A stretch of DNA of 63,953 bases, the filler included, from Reclinomonas americana ATCC 50394 (Eukaryota), in NCBI GenBank assembly GCA_048213135.1. It is 32 parts of 32 records of this genome, joined end to end, with 100 filler letters (N's around TTAATTAATTAA, not from the genome) between each part and the next. Parts side by side here need not be neighbours in the genome. Positions count along the whole stretch, not along the records: positions 1 to 1,298 come from AFZH01024939.1; positions 1,399 to 3,710 come from AFZH01024940.1; positions 3,811 to 6,122 come from AFZH01024941.1; positions 6,223 to 7,595 come from AFZH01024942.1; positions 7,696 to 9,151 come from AFZH01024945.1; positions 9,252 to 11,558 come from AFZH01024947.1; 26 more parts are not named here. One strand, written 5' to 3'. Made by a program: the position numbers and the translations under genes. The notes beneath the pieces were generated by a model. It saw only the letters and a program-made list of their open reading frames with translations. It had not been told where the DNA came from and did no database searches. Shown piece after piece: positions 1 through 11,658 of this stretch; position 1 is the first letter of the stretch, and every line of letters begins with the position of its first letter.

Positions 1-567
1 GTCGATCACCGCCTCGACATCACCGGCGACACGGCACTCGCATCGCTGGCGACGGCTGTCGGGCCTATCGACATCCTGATCAACTCCGCCGGCATCGTCG
101 GACCCGGCATCTCGCTGATCGAAAGCCGACGCGAGGACTGGCAGCGGGTGTTCGAGGTGAACGTGCTCGGCACCGTGGGGATGATGCGCACGTTCATCCC
201 CGGGATGGTCGAACGAGGCTGGGGCCGCGTCGTGAACTTCGCGAGCATGGCCGGAAAGGACGGCAACCCGAATCTCTCCATCTACTCGGCGTCGAAAGCG
301 GCGGTCATCGCGCTCACGAAGTCGGCCGGTAAGGAACTTGCGACGACGGGTGTGCTCGTCAACGCCATCGCCCCCGCTGTGATCGCGACACCGATGAACG
401 ACGAGACAGCACCCGAGGCCCTCGCGCACATCACGAGCCTGATTCCGATGAAGCGCATCGGCAGACCCGAAGAGGTGGCCGAGCTGGTCGCCTGGCTCTC
501 CTCGGACAAAGTCAGCTTCTCGACCGGAGCGGTGTACGACATCAGTGGCGGCCGCGCGACCTATTGA
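1..567 (+). CDS. SDR family NAD(P)-dependent oxidoreductase, 5' partial (actinobacterial)
   Basis: NSAG, YSASK (YxxxK), VNAIAP and DISGG motifs. Confidence 0.92.
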   Translation, partial: VDHRLDITGDTALASLATAVGPIDILINSAGIVGPGISLIESRREDWQRVFEVNVLGTVGMMRTFIPGMVERGWGRVVNFASMAGKDGNPNLSIYSASKAAVIALTKSAGKELATTGVLVNAIAPAVIATPMNDETAPEALAHITSLIPMKRIGRPEEVAELVAWLSSDKVSFSTGAVYDISGGRATY

Positions 568-573
568 GACGCT

Positions 574-1298
574 TCAGGGCGCGGCAGTCCCCGCGACGAT
601 CTCCCGGATCGTTCCTTCTTCCGCGACGAGTTCGGTCAACGGCATTCGGAAGGTCAGGGCACTCACACTGATCGCCCCCATCGGAGGCAGCTGCGGATCC
701 AGGTGATAGGGGACGGCGAGGCAGTTGATCCCCACCTCGTTCTCCTGGTCATCCAGGGCGTAGCCCCGTGCTTTGATCTCCTGCAGCTCGGTCCAGAGCC
801 GGTCGACGGAGGTGATCGTGTGATCAGTTCGGGCGCGAAGCGGTACGCCACCGAGGCGCTGCCTCAGCTCACCCTCGCTGGAGACCTCTCCGGCGAGAAG
901 CAGCTTGCCCACCCCTGTGCAGTACGCCGGGTTGCGTCCGCCGATCTCCGATGTCAGGCGTACGGAACCTCCGGGAGGGTCTACCTTGGCGTGGTACACG
1001 ACGTCGGCCCCGTCGAGGACCGCGAAATGGGCCGTCTCGCCGTATCGTTCGGCAAGCGCACGGAGGACAGGGGTCACGCGCGCGACGGTCGGTCGCTGGT
1101 TGTAGTTCAGGAAGGCCAGACGCAGGAACTCGTCACCCAGGACGTAGACGCCGCGAGAGACCTGCGCGGCCAGGCCGGCAGCCCGGAGAGCGGTGAGAGC
1201 GCGGTGCACCGTGGACTTCGATCCACCCAACCGTCCGGCGAGTTCGTCGAGGGCCGCGCCGGAGGGATGCTGCGCCAACTCCGTGAGCACGGCGAGCA
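574..1298 (-). CDS. IclR family transcriptional regulator, 5' partial
   Basis: HTH (SKSTVHRAL), GETAH, CTGVGK, GYALDDQE..G..CLAVP. Confidence 0.93.
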
Positions 1299-1398
1299 NN
1301 NNNNNNNNNNNNNNNNNNNNNNNNNNNNNNNNNNNNNNNNNNTTAATTAATTAANNNNNNNNNNNNNNNNNNNNNNNNNNNNNNNNNNNNNNNNNNNN
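1299..1398. other. Artificial contig-joining spacer (N44-TTAATTAATTAA-N44); first of 31 in the window
   Basis: The same ~100-nt spacer recurs 31 times; the core has stops in all frames; composition and taxonomy change abruptly across it. Confidence 0.98.
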
Positions 1399-3660
1399 CG
1401 CTTTTGTGTGTTGTGTCTGGCGGTCGTTGTCAGCCTGACGTGCTCGTGTCACTGCAGTACCTGAGCAGCAACGACTTTCTGAACGACTTGCCCGCCATTC
1501 GCGAAATGTCTGCCATGTTGGATTTCCGCATGCTGGACGACGACGGTGCCACGATGGCCGCGGCAACTGCCGCCGCTGCTGCTGCTGCTGCCGCTGGTGC
1601 GCCGGACGGTGGCAACGGGCACCGATTCCATCACAACCACCTCCACCACCATCATTTGCACGGTCGACCACCACCACCACCGTCAGCGCCAGCACCAGCA
1701 CCATCGAGCGGTGCGCAGGCAATGTTGAACGCCAATGGCGCACGATTGACTCGCGCCAGCAGCCACGATTCATTTCTGCAGTGCGAGTCTATTTCGCATT
1801 TTGCGTTTGGTGCCGGCGGGGAGCTGCCAGTTTCCACCGTCGCCGCCGCCGCAGTCGTACAGCGGCCAATGCCTGCTCCGCAGGGTACGTTGACGGCCGA
1901 CATGCGTCCGTCGCGTTATCATGCGGATTTCGTGGAGTTGCGCAAGCTGGGCACTGGAGGTTTCGGAGACGTGTTCGAGGTGGTGCACAAGGTTGACGGG
2001 CTGCATTACGCGGTGAAGAAGATCAAGTTTTCTTTCCGCTCGCTCGTCGACTTGGAGCAGTCGTACAAGCGAGTGACACGCGAGGTCAAGACGCTGGCGC
2101 GTATGGAGCACCCCAACATTGGTTTGTGTGTCTGTTTGCATTGATGTGTGTCTTGTTGTGTTGTGTTACGCTCACACGTGTATTTACCTAGTTCGCTACC
2201 AACATGCTTGGCTGGAGGCGGTAATGGATGGCGACGGAGACTCCACGCACTCTGGGTTGGACTCGCACGATTCGATGGACTCGAATCGCACGGACCAGTC
2301 GTACTCGCGACCCGCGCTGCGACGGCTGCCGTCGTTTGGCGCACCGCAAGCAATGCTGACGGCGGCGTTTGGCGGCAGCCGCGGCAGTCTCACCGGCGGC
2401 TTTGGGGGCGATGCTGTCGGCAGTGGAGCCGAGGACGACGCCAGCTCCACTGCGCGGAGCAGTGTGAGTACGCAAGCGACGCAGTCGTCGGCCACCTCAC
2501 CGTCGGTCTCGAGTTCGGTGACGCGCTCCAACAGCATCCTGGGCACTCGGCGCCTGGTTTCCTCACGCAAGTCACTGAAAGCTAGCACTCGCCGCCGTGC
2601 TGTGTCGTCGGCCGCCGCGGCTCCGACCGCCAGCGGCAGTGGCGATGCGCCGACTGCCACAGCTGCTGCACCGGCGTTGCCTCGAATTGCATCGGAGCAG
2701 GAGTGGTGGGAGGTCGGTGGGCAGGAGGAGGAAGCTGAGGACGATGACGACGACGATGATGATGATGATGATGATGATGATGAGGATGAGGAGGAGGAGG
2801 AGGAGGATGAGGAGGAGGAAGAGGATGGAGACGGAGAGCAGGAATCCAGTGAGGAGGAGGTGGGCGTCGAAGTCGAAAACGAAGACGATGATGCGGATGA
2901 TGAGGAGGAGGATGACGATGACGCTGGAGAGGAAGAGGAGGAAGACGACGACGACGAGGAGGAGGAGGAGGAGGAGGAGGACGTGAAGGAGGTCGTGGAT
3001 AGAATCGTCAGTGGCGACAAGCAGGAACAAGCTGTTGGCGTATCTGTGGGTACGCCCGGTGTGGTGTCGGCTCCGGCAAGCGACGTGGACAGCGGCAGTG
3101 TGCTCAACACCGCCCGGGTACTGTTTCCCGACTCGCGACCCATGTCGCTGATGGACACGGTGCCGAGTGTGCCCGTGTTTCTGTCGTCGGCGACGGCGAA
3201 GCCTGTGCAGGACAGTTTGGCGGTTCCCCTCGCTGCCGCGCACCGGCAACCGAGTCCGGCAGGCGACGATCGCAGTCTGTCGCCGTTCGACCCGCTCGAC
3301 GCCGGCTTCATGTACTCGGAGGATGGTGGCAAGAGTTCACCCAGCGAGGAGATGTTTGATCAGTTTCAGGAACTCATGCGTGACTTGCGGTCCTCGGCGG
3401 CGTCTTCCGCACCACCCAGTGCTGCTACCACACTGCCGGTTACAGCTTCCGCTGGCAACGGTGCGTCAGGTGCCGGCAGTCGCGGGCATGGTTTGCCGGG
3501 TGGAGCGTCGGATGGCAGTTCGCCATCTGCCCCCGTCGCCGTTCCATCCAGCTCCGGCAGTGCCCGTTCACAGCCCATCAACATTCTCGGCACCAGCGCG
3601 CGTTCCATGCTGTCGTCTTCCAGCTCGTCGGCGCCGTCCAGCCCATTCACTGCGGGTTTG
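1399..3660 (+). CDS. Eukaryotic eIF2-alpha kinase-like (GCN2/HRI/PERK family) protein, partial, spliced
   Basis: RYHADFVELRKLGTGGFGDV...YAVKKI...REVKTLARMEHPNI|VRYQHAWLE across intron 2122-2190, followed by a long acidic kinase insert. Confidence 0.85.
2723..2982 (+). repeat. (GAG/GAT/GAC)n trinucleotide tract encoding poly-Asp/Glu
   Basis: Directly visible. Confidence 0.9.
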
Positions 3661-3970
3661 TGATCCATCTTGCTCTCTCTCTCTCTCTCTGTAAGCCCAT
3701 GCTTCTGTCTNNNNNNNNNNNNNNNNNNNNNNNNNNNNNNNNNNNNNNNNNNNNTTAATTAATTAANNNNNNNNNNNNNNNNNNNNNNNNNNNNNNNNNN
3801 NNNNNNNNNNCAACCGTGTATACCACGCAACAAGCAACGATTTGAAGTATTTGCCTTGGGTTACCGCTGAGCGGGTCACCGGCGATTGGCGAACTGGCGG
3901 AAGCGTAACCCAAGCGAGTCGTTTTTCCTGCGCACACTCTCTCTCTCACACACACTCGCTCGCTCACACA

Positions 3971-6122
3971 ATGAGCGGCGGCGGCGGTGTTGACCTTGTC
4001 GCGCTCAAGGTTGGAGCGAGTGCGTGTTTGTCTGTGTGAAGATGTGTGTGTCTCTCTGAGCAGTTGCACGCAGGAGAAACTTGCGCGACAAAAGGAGAGC
4101 ACGATGGAGCTTCTGCAGCGAGCGCGAGACTTGGCACAGGCCCCGACTGCCACGTTTCTCGATGTTGTGAGGCGCGTTGTGTGTGTGCGTGCGCGCTACT
4201 TTGTGTGTGTTTCGTGACACTCACTCTCATGTCTGCGTGTGTACGTGTGTGTGTGAGCAGTCAGCAGCAGCAGCACCGACTGTCACCACGTAGTACCACG
4301 AGTGGAAGCAGTGTCCCTGCTCCTGCTCCAGCACGACAACAGCAGCAGCCGGCAGCAGCAAAGAAGGCAACGTCGACTGCGCCAGGTGAGTGATTGTTTG
4401 CACACTCGCGCACGTGCTCGTGCGCTCTCTGTGCTTGTGTGTGGGTGTGCGCGTGCAAGAGCTGAGTGTGAGTATGTGTTGCACTTGTCGCAGCGCCGAC
4501 TTTGTCGTCGACTGCGTCATCGGACATGAGGTTGCGCATGATGCAGCGGGCCCGGACGATTCAGCAAAAGGCCCCTCTATCGTCGTCCTCGTTCGATCAC
4601 TTGGGTCGCGCGTCGCTGTCGTCACTCAACTCGCATGATGTTCCGTTGGTCCACGCCGCTGTCGTCGCCACTGCTGCTGCTGCTGCGGGTTTCTGACTCG
4701 TGATTTCGCGCAGGATTTTGGCGATGATGATTCGCACTTGTTGCGCGGAGCGTCGCCGGTCATGTTTGAGGGCGAGGGTGCGTCGGCCATGTCGACGGCG
4801 TCGCCGGGGCAGCAGGCGGAGTCGTCGGCGTCGATGCGGGAGCGCTTGCTGTTCCGTGCGCGTGAGATTGCCATTTCACAACTGGGATCGCCCGAGCAGG
4901 GTCGTGGTGGCGCTTCGACAACGCACCACCACCATCCGGCCGTGCCACCACTGGCGCTGCCTGCTGTTCCACCCGCTCCACACGCCACACTGTCGTTGCC
5001 TCCGACGCAAACATCGCAGCCCACACGCAGCCACAATCACCACCACCATGGCCAGCAGCAACAGCAACAACAACAACAACAACAGCAAGCCTCACTGGGT
5101 GGTGCGTGCACGCATCTAGCTTGTTGCTTTGCTGTGAATATGTGCGCTTACCTCTTCTCAGGCTCCTTTAACGGAATTGTGCCGCCGCTTCCCATTCCCG
5201 TGCTCTCGCCTCGACCGTCGTCGACGAGTCGTGCCACATCACGGTCGCAGAGTCGTCCGCACAGCGTGGGCGGCGAGTCGACTCCCGAGGAAGCACGGTT
5301 TGTTGCGAAGTTCCTCTGTTTGTGAGAGCTGCTGCTTACTCGTCGGTCTCCGCAGGCGGAAAACGGCGCTGCGTGTCAAGGCCGAGCGTGATCGGCGACA
5401 GAATCGGCGGGAGCAGGAGGGACACCAGCATCGCATGGAGGAAATGCGAAAAAAGCACGAGGTTTGTATCGCGCACCCTGTTTCTCTGTGTTACTCCTTC
5501 TCGCTTGGCACTGATGTGATTCCTCCCACTCCAGCGCAAGGTACAACACATGGCCACGATGAGTGACAACCTGCGTGCCATGGGTCGTGGTTCTGTACAG
5601 AAGATCTGCCAGACGGCGGCAGACGAGGAGAGTGCACTGGATGCACGGCGACTGCGTTTCGAAAAGTGGAATGTGGACCAGAATGCAAAGATTGCACAGG
5701 CCGAGGTCTGCTCGCGTGGATTCTTTTCTTGATGGGAGTCATGTGTGTGCGCCAGTCTCACCGACCTCCCTTGTGTGTGTGTGCACAGTTGAACCGGGAC
5801 GCAGCTCAGGTGGCCACCGATCAGCACCAGGCGCGCATCGACGAGCTGAAGAGGAAGCGTGACGAACGCACGCAGTCGAATCAGTCGCGCATCAAGGAGC
5901 TGGAGGCGCGGCTTGACGAACTGCAGCAGATTTCGCAGACGCGTGGCACACAGGAGGCACAGTGTGGTGCCGAGTGGCAACGCGTCTCTGGTGAGCTCAA
6001 GACCGCCGAGGAAGCGCAGCAGCAGCACAGCAGGACGACTGAGAACTTGCGGCGTACGTTGGGAGAGCTGGAGGAGCGAGCAGAGCGCGAAATTCGGCAG
6101 TCCGAGTCGCGCATCACCGAGG
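3971..6122 (+). CDS. Eukaryotic multi-exon protein with low-complexity N-half and coiled-coil C-half, unknown function, 3' partial
   Basis: GT..AG introns with GT/CT-rich tracts; E/R/K/Q heptad-like exons at 5330-6122. Confidence 0.55.
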
Positions 6123-6222
6123 NNNNNNNNNNNNNNNNNNNNNNNNNNNNNNNNNNNNNNNNNNNNTTAATTAATTAANNNNNNNNNNNNNNNNNNNNNN
6201 NNNNNNNNNNNNNNNNNNNNNN

Positions 6223-7014
6223 GCGGTGATCGTGACGCTCGCCCTGGTGCGCGGTCATGCGCCGCGCAACGGCGGGGCGAAGATGGTCGTGTCGCCCGAT
6301 GCCGTGTTCGGAACGGTCGGCGGCGGCAACCTCGAGGCCACGGCGATCGAACGCGCCAGAGGGATGCTCCGAGCGGGCACGGCGGAGCCGGAGCTGCTGG
6401 TGCTCACGCTCAGCGACAAGGCCGTCACCGAGTACGGCGTGCAGTGCTGCGGAGGAGAGGTCACGATCATGCTCGAATCGGTGCGCGTCACGCCCAGCAT
6501 CGCGATCTTCGGCATGGGCCATGTGGGGCTGGAGCTGGCCCGCATCCTCGCGAGGCACGAGGTCGAGCTGCACCTGGTCGACTCGCGTCCGGAGATGCTC
6601 GCCGAGGAGCGGATCGGCACCCCCGGCGTTTCCGGTGTCTTCGCCGACAGCGTCGCACGGATCCACGCGACCCTCGCACCCGTGCCCGAAGCCGTGCTGG
6701 CCGGCCTTCCGGCCGGCTCCCACGTTCTGGTGATGACGCACGACCATGTCGAGGATCTCGCGGTCGTCGACATGTCTCTTCGCACTCCCGATCTCGCTTC
6801 GATCGGCCTGATCGGCTCGGCGTCGAAGTGGTCCCGGTTCCGCAAGAAACTCACCGAGCTCGGCCAGACCGAGAGCGACCTGGCGCGGGTCGTGACGCCG
6901 ATCGGCATCCCCGAGGTCGCGGGCAAGCAGCCCGCCGTGATCGCCGTCAGCGTCGCGGCCCGGCTGCTGCAGCTGATCGAGGAGGCGGCGCCGGAGGAGG
7001 GTGCGGGTTCCTGA
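6223..7014 (+). CDS. xdhC: Xanthine dehydrogenase accessory protein XdhC, 5' partial
   Basis: RGHAPRNGGAKM, GTVGGGNLE, QCCGG, FGMGHVG, MTHDH, IGLIGS..KW. Confidence 0.93.
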   Translation, partial: AVIVTLALVRGHAPRNGGAKMVVSPDAVFGTVGGGNLEATAIERARGMLRAGTAEPELLVLTLSDKAVTEYGVQCCGGEVTIMLESVRVTPSIAIFGMGHVGLELARILARHEVELHLVDSRPEMLAEERIGTPGVSGVFADSVARIHATLAPVPEAVLAGLPAGSHVLVMTHDHVEDLAVVDMSLRTPDLASIGLIGSASKWSRFRKKLTELGQTESDLARVVTPIGIPEVAGKQPAVIAVSVAARLLQLIEEAAPEEGAGS

Positions 7015-7079
7015 AGTCGGACGTGTACCGTCGGCTGGCGGCTGGCGTCTCGGACGCCGTGGCGTGCATAGTAAGGATC

Positions 7080-7544
7080 GTGAGTGACTTGCACATACGA
7101 AGGGCACAGCCCGAGGAGCACGAAGAGATTTCAGCGTTGGCTCTCCGCTCGAAGGGGTACTGGGGGTATTCAGCCGAGTTTCTCGAAGCATGCCGAGCTG
7201 AGCTGACCTTCGATGCGACGACCTGTGGGTCAGGACTGATGTGGGTCGTGGCGCAAGACGATACGGTTCTCGGCTTCAGCCTCTTGAGGGGTGAGTTGAA
7301 CGACGGCGAACTGTCGGCGTTGTTCGTTGATCCGTCCGCGATCGGCACCGGCTGCGGTCGAATGCTGCTTGAGCACACACTGCACGCTGCGCGGGCCGCA
7401 GGGTTCACGCACCTGGAACTCGACGCGGATCCAGGTGCGGAATCGTTCTATCTGCGCTTTGGGGCTCGACGGATCGGTACCTCGCCTAGTGGTTCCATTC
7501 CGGGCCGCGAGCTTCCCCGACTAGCAATCGCCCTCGCCGAATAG
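7080..7544 (+). CDS. GNAT family N-acetyltransferase
   Basis: RSKGYWGY, LFVDPSAIGTGCGR (motif A), DADPGAESFY; GTG start inferred. Confidence 0.85.
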   Translation: MSDLHIRRAQPEEHEEISALALRSKGYWGYSAEFLEACRAELTFDATTCGSGLMWVVAQDDTVLGFSLLRGELNDGELSALFVDPSAIGTGCGRMLLEHTLHAARAAGFTHLELDADPGAESFYLRFGARRIGTSPSGSIPGRELPRLAIALAE

Positions 7545-7744
7545 CTGGGAGCCGTGGTCCGAGGCACGACGATTTGGACGCCTTGAACGCCACCGNNNNN
7601 NNNNNNNNNNNNNNNNNNNNNNNNNNNNNNNNNNNNNNNTTAATTAATTAANNNNNNNNNNNNNNNNNNNNNNNNNNNNNNNNNNNNNNNNNNNNGGGCG
7701 ACGGTGGAAAACAGTCGCTCCACCCATATATGTGGCCATTGTTG

Positions 7745-7775
<31 letters not shown>

Positions 7776-8624
7776 TGATGGTGGAGGGGTGTTGTTGCAG
7801 ATGGTGACAGTTGATGGTGATGGTGATGGTGAAGAGGGGGGGGGTGACATGTCGGTGCGTGGAGCGTCACGCAACAATGCATCGAAGGTGTTGCTTGCCG
7901 TTGATGGTGGAGTTGATGTGCCGACAAGGGTGGCGACGTTGGTGGTGGCACGAGAGCGCAGTACTGCACAGCAGGTAGTACAGCAGGGGGTTGCCCCGAC
8001 ATCGGTGTAGCCGCAGCGCTGGTACAGACGTTGGTTGTGGTGGCAGACATCTGCCGACGAGCGTCACCGTTGATGCTGTTGTTGAATTCGGGGAGCGGGT
8101 GATGACGGCCAAGCGTGGGTGTTGGTGTCCGCGCTGGCGGTGGTGATTGGTGTCTGGCGTCGACATACGCCGCACCGTGTCGACAGCGTCGCCGATTGAC
8201 CAGGGGTGGGTGGTGATGAATTCGAAAGTTGCGCAGTCGTAGTTGGAGGGAGCGTGTATGCAGTTGGTGTCGGTGAGGGGGTGATGGAGTCGTTGTGGGT
8301 GTGGGCGGGAGGAGGCTGGTGATGGGCGAGGTGGTGGTGAACCGTAGGGGCATGGTACCATGGACGGCGAGAATGTATCTCCACATTGATGTTGTTCATG
8401 TGGTCGTCGGGTTGGGGGGTACTGTTGTTGTTGCTGACGAGGTGAGGGCGGAGGAGGTGTTGATGGCTGCTACTCGTCGGAAGTAGCCACTGGCAGTTGC
8501 AGTCATCATCGGTAATGAGATGTCGTGGTGGTGGAGGTCGTGGTGGTGGAGGTTGAAGGTGGATGTTGCTGATGCGGTTCCGTGAGGAGGAGGGTGAACA
8601 TGTCTGCTGACGCCATCGTTGATG

Positions 8625-8727
8625 TTGTTGCTGTTGATTGATTGATTGTTGTTGTTGTTGTTGGTGTTGTTGGTGTTGCTGTTGCTGTTATCGTCGTCGC
8701 TGCTGTTGTTGTTGTTGTTGTTGTTGC

Positions 8728-8760
<33 letters not shown>

Positions 8761-8775
8761 CTTTGTTGTTGTTGG
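8625..8775. repeat. (GTT/AAC)n microsatellite in a low-complexity eukaryotic contig
   Basis: Directly visible. Confidence 0.9.
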
Positions 8776-10012
8776 TAGTAGTGGCGGTGGCGGTGGTGTT
8801 GGCTCCATGTATGCTCAAGGCCCTCTACCGCTGACGGCGTCGCAGCACAAGCGTGTCTTCCGCTCGCATCGACAGTGAGGGAGGCATTGGTGTGGAGTAG
8901 AATAACAACAACAATGTTGCATTTTATTCACACCCGTTACCATCCGCCTCGTCTACCATCTCAGGGGCGGCACCGGCGGCCTCCTGGTGCTGCAGGCGGC
9001 GCTTGAGAGCATCTCGCAGTCTGTTGCGGAAATGCAAGGGAGTCGTTCGCCACGCCAGCGTGTGGTGGAGCATAAGTTCCTCCCGCGCTGGGATGACATG
9101 GCCGAACCAACTGGCGACGGCCTTGACAAGGTTGCTGTTGCAGTCAAGGGTNNNNNNNNNNNNNNNNNNNNNNNNNNNNNNNNNNNNNNNNNNNNTTAAT
9201 TAATTAANNNNNNNNNNNNNNNNNNNNNNNNNNNNNNNNNNNNNNNNNNNNACCCTTGACTCCTCCCATTGTCACCTCCCTGCACTCCACTGCCACGCCG
9301 CCACCGCCACCGCCGCCGCCACCAGCTGCAGCACCACCGGTCATTGCAGTTGGTGCTGCAGAGGCATCTGGTCGCGTCGAGGCCGGCCACGTGCCTGTCA
9401 CTGTTGCGCGGGCTCGTCGCCGCCGTCACCGCCAGTTGTCTCCTTCGCCGACGTCCAGCGATACGGGTAGTGGCGACAGTGACCTCGACGATTCCAGTGA
9501 TGTCGGGTCGGCGACTTCATCATCATCAACCGCAACAACGACAACAGCTGACAGCCGTGGCGATTCTACTTATGACGGTGACTCGTCGTCGTGGGAGAGC
9601 GGTGACCGCGAGAGCGATGCAGACTACGATCCGTCGTCTCGTCCTGCCCTACCTTTTTACTCGAGCTCGACTGCGTCCACGGCACATGGCCGGCCCAATC
9701 GCCGTGGTGGTGGTGGCCATTGTGGCGGTGGCAGTGGTTCGGCCGGTGCGCGTGGAGGTGTTGGCCGATTCCACACTCAACGACAACACCACGCCGGCCG
9801 TGGCAGGCACACAGTCGGCACTGTTAGATCTTTTGATTCCTACCCAACATTTTGTCGAAAAGGGGAGATATTGCCAGGCACTGCACGAAAAAGACAAGCA
9901 TTTGTCAGGACATTCCCAGGCAGTGCACGAGATTTTCGAGGCACTGCCTCAATTTCCACCCCTGTTTTTCATGCACTGCCTCGGATTTTACGTGCAGTGC
10001 ACGAGAACTAAT

Positions 10013-10200
10013 GAACATTTGTCTCACTTTTGCAAACATTTGTCGCCCTCTTGCCACACTCTGTCAAACATTTGTCACTCATTGCCAAACATTTGTCACT
10101 CATTGCCAAACATTTGTCACTCATTGCCAAACATTTGTCACGCATTGCCAAACATTTGTGACGAAATGCCAAACATTTGTCGCGCAATGTCAAACATTTG
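10013..10200. repeat. 21-bp minisatellite, unit CAAACATTTGTCACTCATTGC
   Basis: Core CAAACATTTG at 10065, 10086, 10107, 10128, 10149, 10170 and 10191, plus two degenerate upstream copies. Confidence 0.92.
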
Positions 10201-10884
10201 CCTCTACTAAACATACCACTGTTTTACTTCAAGCGCTCGAACACACATTGCATTTGTTCGATGCCTCTAAATGCGACCCCTTGTCGTCTCACAGGTGCTC
10301 GTTTTGTAGGATGTCAACCTCAACACCTCACTCTATTGTACACAAGTCAGCGCACGGTTGTTCATTTTTACGCACTGCCTTGTTCCTCATGGTGCTTGGA
10401 TGCACCAATGTTCAAAATATCACCACTGTGTCTTTTCACAATGTTCTCCTATTCTCCACCTTCCACCCATCAATGGAAACACTCGACCATAAGTGACACT
10501 TTGTCGTTTTTACATGACTGATTTTTGTGTCCATGTCGGCGCACCATGTGTTCGAGTTTGACAAGGTGTTCGGCCAACACCCCTAAAAAAAACACGATGT
10601 CACGAGAGGACACGAACTGCAACACTTCATGTCACAACTGAGGCTGCAAGTGCACGGCTGATGCTCACACTAGAGCATACGCGTGCTGCCGTGCATGGAT
10701 GGGAAGGGGATGGCGGTGCGTGAATTCATTTGCATTGGCGGGACAAGTGGGACACGGAAGTCGCTCGTTTTTGCGGCAGAAGTGACGATAGTCACCGCAG
10801 ATCACACAATCAATGTTGGTTGAGTGTGGTACTACCACCATTAGTCGTGGAACAGAGTGAGTGAGCCCTTAGTGAGTGGTGGTA

Positions 10885-11558
10885 CCATCAGCCACCATCC
10901 ACTGCACGACGGGGTGACCTTGGCGCGCCGACACACCACCACCACCACTGCCTGTCTCCACCACCTCAGTCGTCACTGTGATTCACAGGATCATTGTCGG
11001 TCGACAGCGCCATCAGCCACCATCTGCTGCATGCCGCATTGATCTTGGCGAGACAGCACACCGCCGCCACCAAGTCGTTGCGATCGCTGTGATTGACACA
11101 GTCAGTGTTGATCGACAGCTGCAGTGTCGCCATCAGCCACCACCCACAGTGACCTTGGCGCGACGGCACACCACCATCACCACCACTGCCTGTCTCCACC
11201 ACCTCAGTCGTCAATGTGATTCACTGAGTCAGGCCAGCAGGCCGTCGCGCCAAAGTCACTGTGGATGGCGGCTGATGGCGCCACTGTCGGCCACCACTGA
11301 CTGTACTGTGTCAATTACATCGACGACTTGGTGGCGGTGGTGTGCCGTCTCGCCAAGGTCAATGCGGCATGCAGCGGATGGTGGCAGATGGCGCTGTCGA
11401 CCGACAATACCACCACCACCACTGCTTGCCTCCACCACCTCAGCCGTCACTGTGATTCACAGAGTCAGTGTCAGTCGACAGTGGCGCCATCAGCCATCAG
11501 CCACCACCCACAGTGACCTTGGCGCGACGGCACACAAGCATCACCACTGCCTGCCCTA
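10885..11558. repeat. Degenerate ~120-bp satellite with an internal inverted segment
   Basis: CATCAGCCACC...GTGACCTTGGCG...CACCACTGCC...CTGTGATT recurs; ~11270-11408 is the reverse complement of ~10993-11130. Confidence 0.8.
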
Positions 11559-11658
11559 NNNNNNNNNNNNNNNNNNNNNNNNNNNNNNNNNNNNNNNNNN
11601 NNTTAATTAATTAANNNNNNNNNNNNNNNNNNNNNNNNNNNNNNNNNNNNNNNNNNNN

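Noticed and set aside
1299..1398. TTAATTAATTAA as a biological repeat or transposon target
   Set aside because: It is always centred in N padding of fixed length, so it is an assembly linker.
6223..7595. Horizontal transfer of bacterial genes into the eukaryote (applies to all bacterial contigs)
   Set aside because: The bacterial genes are intronless, operonic and confined to their own contigs; no contig contains both types.
7696..8818. Poly-Asn/Thr/His ORFs as a real gene, with an in-frame TGA at 8396
   Set aside because: The open frames are explained by trinucleotide repeats; no recognisable domain or splice pattern supports them.
10013..10200. CRISPR-like array (palindromic repeat plus spacers)
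   Set aside because: The repeat is only 10 bp, the 11-nt spacers are copies of each other, there are no cas genes, and the context is eukaryotic; it is a minisatellite.
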